A program made the translations under genes and the position numbers. Positions 57,664-64,000 of a stretch of DNA of 64,000 nt are shown here, piece after piece (within the stretch, counting starts at the first letter, position 1; each line of letters begins with the position of its first letter). The DNA is from a virus (taxonomy: Duplodnaviria; Caudoviricetes). The notes under the pieces were generated by a model. That model was not told the DNA's origin. It did not search any database and saw nothing but the letters and a program-made list of their open reading frames with translations. The stretch lies in the IMG/VR virus record IMGVR_UViG_3300031963_000068, positions 20,231 through 84,230 of that record; one strand, 5' to 3'.

Positions 57664-59052
57664 ATGAAGAAATATTCTGATAAATTTTTGAATCAATCTA
57701 ATAAATTGAAGACAGCTAAAGTTGGTTTTGAGTTTGAGTTCTATATGAAAGACCTTTCATTTTATAAAACGTTAGAAATGCTAAATGAAGAAATGAAACC
57801 AGTAAGAGTCTGGGGTTTTAGACAATATCATTCAGATTTTACACCAGATGAACTTAATTTTAAAATTGAACCAGATCTTTCCGGTGGCTCAAACATGGTT
57901 GAATTAGTTACCGGACCATTGGATTTTTTTGATGCAAAATACTATTTAATAAAAATACTAAAGTTTATCCAAAACTATGGTTACACCAATGAAAAATGTT
58001 CTATACACTACAATCTATCATTCAATAACGAAGAAAAAAACTTAAACGATATAAATATTTTAAAGTTAATATTAAATACGGATGAAGAAGAAATATACAG
58101 AAGTTATCCTACCAGAAAAGGCAGTATCTATGCAAAAACAATTAAAAAAATAATACCTTATAAAGAATATGATTTCTTTAATATACCTATAAACGTAGTA
58201 AAAAACAATATGAGACTACCTAGTGATAAATATTACGGTATAAATTTTTTACACATTAACAATGATAAAGAAAGTCAAAGATTAGAATATAGATATATCG
58301 GTGGTAAAGATTATGAAAAAAATATAGGTCAATTGATATATTTTATGGAAAGATTTATAATAAACACATTTGATGCTATAGATGCTGATTTCAATTCTGA
58401 AGATATTAATAAACTTGAAGAATATCTTGAGACAAACATAAAAACATATCAAAATTTATCAAAATATGATAATTTTATTGTTGACTTTCCAACAATACAA
58501 ATACAAATTGACCAAGATAATGCTTATGATGTTATATCTGCTTATTATAATAAAATTTATAATAAATTATTTAACTTAATAGATTCAACTCAAGAACTAA
58601 AAGAGTGTATTGTAAATTATGTGACAGCAACACAAACTATAGAAGTTGTAGACGCAAATGTCAAATCAACATCGACTGTATATGGCATTGAACTCATTAA
58701 TTGTAAAGTAGAAGGTATTTTTGAAGATTGCTTTTTCGTTGGTTCAGAAATAAATAACTCACAAATAACCAAGTCTAAATTACAACACACCGATGCTGTG
58801 AATTCTAAAATATTAAATTGTAGAGTTGAATCATCACAATTAGATAATTGCTATTTTATGGATGGTTATCTAAACGGCGATATGTTTGGTGGTATTTATA
58901 GATCTGGTAAGTTAGGCCCATATGCGACTATGGATTCTGATGTTAAAATCGTAACAGATCATGACAATTTCTTTGACACAAAATACGAAGACGAGACAAA
59001 AGGTGATAAGAAAGGTAGAATTGAAGGCTACGGCAAACCGATAAAGAAATAA
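57664..59052 (+). CDS. Putative amidoligase (COOH-NH2 ligase, glutamine-synthetase-like fold)
   Basis: VGFEFEF, IEPDLS, ELVTGP, CSIHYNLS, KYYGINF, LEYRYIGG; C-terminal beta-helix-like repeats. Confidence 0.75.
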   Translation: MKKYSDKFLNQSNKLKTAKVGFEFEFYMKDLSFYKTLEMLNEEMKPVRVWGFRQYHSDFTPDELNFKIEPDLSGGSNMVELVTGPLDFFDAKYYLIKILKFIQNYGYTNEKCSIHYNLSFNNEEKNLNDINILKLILNTDEEEIYRSYPTRKGSIYAKTIKKIIPYKEYDFFNIPINVVKNNMRLPSDKYYGINFLHINNDKESQRLEYRYIGGKDYEKNIGQLIYFMERFIINTFDAIDADFNSEDINKLEEYLETNIKTYQNLSKYDNFIVDFPTIQIQIDQDNAYDVISAYYNKIYNKLFNLIDSTQELKECIVNYVTATQTIEVVDANVKSTSTVYGIELINCKVEGIFEDCFFVGSEINNSQITKSKLQHTDAVNSKILNCRVESSQLDNCYFMDGYLNGDMFGGIYRSGKLGPYATMDSDVKIVTDHDNFFDTKYEDETKGDKKGRIEGYGKPIKK

Positions 59053-59076
59053 AAATTAGAATTAATATATAAAGAT

Positions 59077-61293
59077 ATGAAAATAAAAGACTACAGGTTA
59101 TTTTTGGATTTAGAATCCGATGAACCAATTAATGAAGAAGTTGGACTAAGAAACCTTAAAAAAATAGCTAAAAGTTTAGATAACATTGACCAAGCGTTAG
59201 TAGGAACACAAGCTATGGATAAAAAACCATCAGTTTCGGCTAATAAGTCTGACCTAACAGAGGTTGTCGGTAATCTAAGAACATGTGAGATTTATTTTCA
59301 TAAAGACTTGGACGGAGTTACATCAGCATTAGCAATGAAACAAGTGTTAAAAGGTCAGTATGGCATAGAGACGGTTGATTGTCACACAATTCAGTATGGT
59401 GGTTTAGAATTCGCTGTTCAATTACCAAAGGAAGGAAACTTAGCAGTTCTTGTTGACTTCGCACATTCGAAGCCAATGTTTACAATAGCAACTGACCACC
59501 ATCAAGAACAAGTAGGTGCTGAAGATACAAAATCAACTTATTATAAACATTCAAGATCTAATGTTGAAACAATATCTGGAGAAATAGCAAAACAAGAAAT
59601 TTTTCCTCAAGGTGACATAGAATTTATACAAACAATAGATTCTGCAAACTTTTTAAAATGGAATATTGAACCAAAAGACTTACATCAATCAATTTTTAAA
59701 TTGGATAAAAATCAACCAATTGAGAAAATTAAATTTACTTTAGGTTTTGTTGTAAATAGACTATTATTAGCGTATAAAAATAAAAGAATCACTTGTAAAT
59801 CTTTAGACGGTAAAAGAGATCACATTAACAGGAATTTATTAGAATGTTTAGTTTTGGATTGTTCTCCAAATTTATATTCAATGTTCAATAATCTTAGTCA
59901 TTATATTAAATATGCTAAAACAAATGATAAACTAGGAACTCTTGCTGATCCCGAGGACTTAGCCAAAAACTTATCATCATATAAGCAAAGAATGAAAACC
60001 TATAAAGACAAATCTTATGATGAAAAATATAAGATAATTCAACAATACGGCGGTGGTGATATGATGAAACCGGGTTCTTATGATAGATACGTTGTTTTTG
60101 AAAACACTCCTGATTCTGAGTTTTTATGTATAGTTTGGCCAATGGGTCTTATACAAGTATCTTGTAATCCATTCAAAGAAAAAAAATTAAAAGATATTAA
60201 TTTAGGCGAAATCGCCAAAGAGGTTTTGGGTAATTACGAATCTGTCTTCAAAAGATATTTTATATCACTTGAAGCTATCAAACAAGTTTATGAAACATCG
60301 CAAGATTGGAGAAGTATGCAAAAAGCGATTGGAGACAGCTATGTTGGTATAGGATTTAAATTTTCAGATTTAGAGGCATTCTATATTGATTGTATCTACA
60401 ACAAGCAGGAAAAAGTCACTAATATTTTGACCAAAGTGCTTGAAATTGACTTTAGAGCAAACTCTGAAAAGTATGAAGATATTGATGTAATCATAGATTT
60501 CAATGGTGAAAAATTCCAATTTAAAACTACTGAAATTGATTCAATAAAAGAATTTGTTAATATTGTTGGAAGATTAGGTTTAAATGCTACAAATAAGTTA
60601 ATACCTTTCAGAAAAACTAATCAATTTAAAGAATCTGAAACATTTGTTAGTGATATTTCAAAAAAACAAATCGAAGGTGCGAAAAATAACATCGCAAACC
60701 TAATTAAATCAATGTTAAGCAATGGCATTGTATCAAAAAGAGATAAAATAACAATATTTGAAGGTCTACCTGATAGTAAACTAAAAGAGGCAATGGATAC
60801 AAATTATGAAGAATTGACTAAAGAACAAAAAAACTACTTAAGTGGATTAAAAATTCCAGTATGGGAATTAATCATCAGGAATTCAGGAGGTCATCCTTCA
60901 ATCACAAACATTTCAGGACTAAATTTCTTAGCTTATAACAAAAAGGTAATGAAAATAGTTTATAAAACTGAAAACTATACAGATTTACTTAAGAAAATAG
61001 CAAAGGATTTTGTCAATAATTTAAAGGAAAAAATAGATGCAGTGAATGCTGGTGAAACCGTAACTTATGATACTAAGGGAATTGAACTTTATGGTCAAGA
61101 TACAAATGAAAGTTTTGAGTACCAACTTGTTGATAAAAACACAGGTGTTGCGAAACCAGTAAGCAAAGAAGAGTTTTTAAAAGCTGGCGCTGAAAAGGCA
61201 ATGAGACCTGACAGAAAAAGTTTAATGACCATTGATAATGATAACAAGAGAATAATTGCTAAATTTGAATCATTTAATAATTCAAAATTGTAA
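59077..61293 (+). CDS. DHH-family phosphoesterase-like protein
   Basis: YFHKDLDGVTSA, VLVDFAH, TDHH, TIDSA, distal SGGHP (DHHA1-like); tag-like N-term MKIKDYRLF and C-term IAKFESFNN. Confidence 0.75.
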   Translation: MKIKDYRLFLDLESDEPINEEVGLRNLKKIAKSLDNIDQALVGTQAMDKKPSVSANKSDLTEVVGNLRTCEIYFHKDLDGVTSALAMKQVLKGQYGIETVDCHTIQYGGLEFAVQLPKEGNLAVLVDFAHSKPMFTIATDHHQEQVGAEDTKSTYYKHSRSNVETISGEIAKQEIFPQGDIEFIQTIDSANFLKWNIEPKDLHQSIFKLDKNQPIEKIKFTLGFVVNRLLLAYKNKRITCKSLDGKRDHINRNLLECLVLDCSPNLYSMFNNLSHYIKYAKTNDKLGTLADPEDLAKNLSSYKQRMKTYKDKSYDEKYKIIQQYGGGDMMKPGSYDRYVVFENTPDSEFLCIVWPMGLIQVSCNPFKEKKLKDINLGEIAKEVLGNYESVFKRYFISLEAIKQVYETSQDWRSMQKAIGDSYVGIGFKFSDLEAFYIDCIYNKQEKVTNILTKVLEIDFRANSEKYEDIDVIIDFNGEKFQFKTTEIDSIKEFVNIVGRLGLNATNKLIPFRKTNQFKESETFVSDISKKQIEGAKNNIANLIKSMLSNGIVSKRDKITIFEGLPDSKLKEAMDTNYEELTKEQKNYLSGLKIPVWELIIRNSGGHPSITNISGLNFLAYNKKVMKIVYKTENYTDLLKKIAKDFVNNLKEKIDAVNAGETVTYDTKGIELYGQDTNESFEYQLVDKNTGVAKPVSKEEFLKAGAEKAMRPDRKSLMTIDNDNKRIIAKFESFNNSKL

Positions 61294-61666
61294 TTTCAAT
61301 TTCTTCTTTTAGTTGTTCACCATTCAGTAAAGCATCTATTTTATTATCTCTCATAGTACTTTTATCATATCTGAGAATAATCGTATCTGATGGAGAAAAA
61401 AGATCTAAATAGACCTCAATTCCATTTATTGAACCCATGTGTCTTAAAGGATCTTCACTCATAATCGAATCTAATGGTGCAAATTTAAAAGATTTATTTG
61501 CTTCTAAAATATTATAGATAGACATAGGAACAATCATAAAGTTCTGACCTGTTTTATTTCTTTGCATAACTATTTCTTTAATCAACTTATTTGATTTAAG
61601 TTGAGATAATTCAAAACTGGTCTCGGCATAACCTAAATTGTTATCTTTATTTAAATCAATTATCAT
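61274..61666 (-). CDS. Stand-alone major-capsid (gp23-like) domain fragment
   Basis: IKEI...RNKTGQNFMIVPMSIYNILE...MGSINGIEVYLDLFSPSDTIILRY resembles the gp23 segment GNFIIAS...AGVLGGKYRVYIDQY..DYFTVGY; then RDNKIDALL. Confidence 0.5.
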   Translation of the reverse strand: MIIDLNKDNNLGYAETSFELSQLKSNKLIKEIVMQRNKTGQNFMIVPMSIYNILEANKSFKFAPLDSIMSEDPLRHMGSINGIEVYLDLFSPSDTIILRYDKSTMRDNKIDALLNGEQLKEEIEITILNY

Positions 61667-62318
61667 CTAGTATTGAATTTATTTTATTATTTCTCAACTT
61701 TTGAGTATTGACAACTCTTATTTTGTATGAATTAAAATCACAATTATAAATTGGCATCTTAATTATATGCTCATTATCGTAAAACGAACTTTCTATAGAA
61801 TATCTCATATTTTGCAAAGACCAAACCAAGCTTTGTATTGGTTCATCAATTAAATAAAAATGACAATCATCTGAATCATCTTCTATTAAAGGTGAGTAAT
61901 AAGCCGAAACTTCTCTATTATGAGACATAAGTTTAAACCTACGCGTGAAATAACTCGGTAGATATCCAGTGTCATGTTCAGATTCTAAAACATGACTTCC
62001 TAAATTCAAATTTAGATTTGAATTCGTTGAGTAAAAAAGTATTTTAGGGTTAATTGGGATTTTATCCATCAATCCATAGACATCTGTAAAATTATTCCTA
62101 TGCACAATAATCTCTTTTGATACATTTTTCATTTTTTCAAATGACCAATTATAAACATCAATCATAATGTTTTTAAAAAGATTTGAGGAAAATGAAGAGT
62201 GTTTTAATTTTTGTGAATAAGTCTTATCTATAGAATTAATTACATCACCAGAATATATAAAATTTATATTCTGTAAAAAATCTTCTAAACTTTTTTTATG
62301 TTTTTCAAATTGTTCCAC
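61656..62318 (-). CDS. Hypothetical protein with C-terminal RNNKINSIL motif
   Basis: GTG start; 220 aa. Confidence 0.6.
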   Translation of the reverse strand: MEQFEKHKKSLEDFLQNINFIYSGDVINSIDKTYSQKLKHSSFSSNLFKNIMIDVYNWSFEKMKNVSKEIIVHRNNFTDVYGLMDKIPINPKILFYSTNSNLNLNLGSHVLESEHDTGYLPSYFTRRFKLMSHNREVSAYYSPLIEDDSDDCHFYLIDEPIQSLVWSLQNMRYSIESSFYDNEHIIKMPIYNCDFNSYKIRVVNTQKLRNNKINSILDDN

Positions 62319-62322
62319 TTTT

Positions 62323-62350
62323 ATTTTTATCTTTTTATTTTATAAAGTTT
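62323..62350 (-). promoter_or_regulatory. Putative non-late promoter AAAC-N16-ATAAAAAT
   Basis: 4 nt before GTG 62318; back-to-back with late motif at 62348-62357. Confidence 0.45.
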
Positions 62351-62361
62351 ATATATAGTCT

Positions 62362-62940
62362 ATGAGATGGATAAAACTATTTGAAGAATTTGGCAACGAT
62401 TTCATAAATCTATCAAATATTCTTACTAAATACGATATACCTTTCCATCTTTGGGGAAAAGGAAAATCTAAAACATTAGAAAATCTATTAGATGAGATAG
62501 AAAAGAAAGAATGTTACCTTGAGGAGAAAAATGGCTTATTAATAAGGTACATAGAATTTGTCGGTATCAAAATTTATTTCAGAAACAATAAAGGAGAAAC
62601 TTGGCGATTATTTGAAGACAGACAAGAGTTTAAAGATGGTAGAATCAGAAGAAGAAATATGCCTAACTCCGTATCCGAAAAAATGATAGCTGGCGAAGAT
62701 GCGCTATTAGCTGGATTACGTGGAATAAAAGAAGAACTTGGAATAGAAGTTAATGAAAATCAATTAATTAAGAGACAAGATTTATTTTATGATGGTGGTT
62801 CACTTTCCTATCCTGGTTTAGAAACAAAATACAAAGGACATAAATTCATTTGTTATTTAAATGAAAGTCAATTTAACGAAGAAGGATATGTAGAGAATCA
62901 AAAAGACAAATCAACTTTTTTTGTTTGGAAAAAATTATAA
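62362..62940 (+). CDS. NUDIX-like hydrolase with capsid-targeting-like N-terminus
   Basis: Variant Nudix box EKMIAGEDALLAGLRGIKEELGI; N-term MRWIKLFEEF. Confidence 0.65.
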   Translation: MRWIKLFEEFGNDFINLSNILTKYDIPFHLWGKGKSKTLENLLDEIEKKECYLEEKNGLLIRYIEFVGIKIYFRNNKGETWRLFEDRQEFKDGRIRRRNMPNSVSEKMIAGEDALLAGLRGIKEELGIEVNENQLIKRQDLFYDGGSLSYPGLETKYKGHKFICYLNESQFNEEGYVENQKDKSTFFVWKKL

Positions 62941-62944
62941 ATTA

Positions 62945-63046
62945 ATGCAATTAATAGAAAAAATATTACACTCTATTGCTATACCACTAACCATAATAGT
63001 AATAATTATAACTATCTATAAGAATTATAAAAATAAAGACAACTAA
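62945..63046 (+). CDS. Small membrane peptide (33 aa)
   Basis: Not in ORF track; MQLIEKILHSIAIPLTIIVIIITIYKNYKNKDN fills the intergenic gap. Confidence 0.4.
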   Translation: MQLIEKILHSIAIPLTIIVIIITIYKNYKNKDN

Positions 63047-63084
63047 TAAATTTATTCTACTATAATATAAAAATAAAGCATATT

Positions 63085-63501
63085 ATGATAGAAAATGGTA
63101 AAATTGTCTCAGTTCACTACACAGGAAAATTAACTGACGGTGAAATGTTTGACTCGTCAGAGGGTAGAGACCCGTTAAAATTTCAAATGGGCTCTGGTCA
63201 ATTAATTCCTGGATTTGAAAAGGCTCTTGTTGGTAAATCTGTAGGTGATAAAGTTACAGTAAATATTCCAGCCGAAGAAGCATATGGTGCAATTAGAGAG
63301 GATTTAATCGTTTCAGTTCCTATGAACCAGATGCCAGGTCCAGTTGAGATTGGCCAATCTTTACAAGCACAGGGAGATAACGGACAATCATTCAACGTTA
63401 CAGTCAAAGAAGTTAATGAAGAAAACGTTATTATAGATGGTAATCATCCACTAGCCGGAAAAGAATTAGTCTTTGATATTGAAGTAGTTGAAATTCAATA
63501 A
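63085..63501 (+). CDS. FKBP-type peptidyl-prolyl isomerase (SlyD/SlpA-like, no His tail)
   Basis: VSVHYTGKLTDGEMFDSS, LIPGFEKAL, PAEEAYG, DGNHPLAGKELVFDIEV. Confidence 0.95.
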   Translation: MIENGKIVSVHYTGKLTDGEMFDSSEGRDPLKFQMGSGQLIPGFEKALVGKSVGDKVTVNIPAEEAYGAIREDLIVSVPMNQMPGPVEIGQSLQAQGDNGQSFNVTVKEVNEENVIIDGNHPLAGKELVFDIEVVEIQ

Positions 63502-63532
63502 AAAAATCCACTCAATTGAGTGGATTTTTTTT
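63501..63532. terminator. Bidirectional intrinsic terminator
   Basis: AAAAAATCCACTC-AATT-GAGTGGATTTTTTT. Confidence 0.85.
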
Positions 63533-63677
63533 ATCTACCTTGTCCTCTATAAGCTTTTCTGTAATTTTTAGAACTTTTACTCCTGCAGTTTTTTTTCTTT
63601 GAATGTACACCTGGTCTCTTTTTATGAGGTTTAGCGATGTGAAGTTTTACGGATGATGTAGTGGTTTTCTTTGCCAT
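63531..63677 (-). CDS. Small basic protein (48 aa) ending YRGQGR
   Basis: Not in ORF track; MAKKTTTSSVKLHIAKPHKKRPGVHSKKKNCRSKSSKNYRKAYRGQGR; own late motif at 63697-63706 and terminator. Confidence 0.75.
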   Translation of the reverse strand: MAKKTTTSSVKLHIAKPHKKRPGVHSKKKNCRSKSSKNYRKAYRGQGR

Positions 63678-63695
63678 AGTCTTAATTATTTTTTG

Positions 63696-63731
63696 TTATA
63701 TATTTAATTTAAAACAAAAAATAATATATAT
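63696..63731. promoter_or_regulatory. Divergent pair of putative late promoters
   Basis: TAAATATATAA (minus) and TAATATATA (plus, 4 nt before ATG 63735). Confidence 0.6.
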
Positions 63732-63734
63732 CTT

Positions 63735-64000
63735 ATGAGATTATTATTTTTATTTTTATTACTATGTACTTTTAGTTGGTCACAAACAGAAATTAAATTA
63801 GACAACAACTTTACTGGTATTTTATCAACAAATAAAAACACAACATTCGGTTTTAACTATGTAGGCAATAACTCTATAGACTTTAAAAAAATATCTTACG
63901 ACTTTTCAACAAACTATTCAATAAGATTTTCACCAAGTCTTAAAGAAAATGAATTCAACCAAAGACAAAATATTGGATATGAAAAAGAAAAGTGGGACCT
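63735..64000 (+). CDS. Partial secreted protein, possible outer-membrane beta-barrel
   Basis: Not in ORF track; MRLLFLFLLLCTFSWS-QTEIKLDNNFTG...FGFNYVG...YDFSTNYSIRF...QNIGY; open to window end. Confidence 0.6.
   Translation, partial: MRLLFLFLLLCTFSWSQTEIKLDNNFTGILSTNKNTTFGFNYVGNNSIDFKKISYDFSTNYSIRFSPSLKENEFNQRQNIGYEKEKWD

Noticed and set aside
1-64000. Stop-codon reassignment as in some jumbo phages
   Set aside because: Long intact genes in code 11; TAG (28758, 42729) and TGA (33137) end genes at sensible places
1-64000. Eukaryotic giant virus or cellular origin
   Set aside because: T4-like primase, UvsW, UvsY, gp5 and gp53, bacterial IF3/ClpP and intrinsic terminators indicate a tailed phage
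1-64000. tRNA, rRNA, structured ncRNA, DGR or transposase
   Set aside because: Intergenic gaps are short and AT-rich; only terminator hairpins seen; no reverse transcriptase or transposase motifs. A covariance search was not run

Overview
AT-rich, gene-dense segment of a large T4-like (myovirus-type) jumbo phage, read in standard code 11. The host is probably Bacteroidota (inference: no Shine-Dalgarno sites, a Gln +1 signal peptide, a DUF6576-like module). 1-18.2 kb is a minus-strand cluster of fibre/decoration proteins with proline-free Gly-Thr-Ser triplet repeats. 18-41 kb mixes replication genes (PCNA/gp45-like clamp, C-terminal half of a split family B polymerase, UvsY, primase, UvsW), host-like genes (PPK2, IF3, ClpP) and many small late genes. 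42.7-57.1 kb is a baseplate block (hub-like, gp5-like spike, gp53-like wedge, lysozyme- and C39-tipped proteins). 57.6-64 kb holds amidoligase, DHH, NUDIX and FKBP genes. The most notable unannotated structure: (i) about 13 unrelated proteins, including PPK2, a PD-(D/E)xK nuclease, HAD, DHH and NUDIX enzymes, share an N-terminal peptide resembling the T4 capsid-targeting signal; (ii) about 34 copies of an ATATATA late-promoter-like motif with bimodal spacing to the ATG, half only 4-7 nt away (leaderless mRNAs), next to a phage IF3; (iii) a second promoter class AAAC-N16-ATAAAATA and a second shared peptide tag R(D/E/N)xKI(D/N)x(I/V/L); (iv) baseplate proteins with a shared adaptor and swapped lytic tips. 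All family assignments come from motif recognition by eye; no database searches were run.
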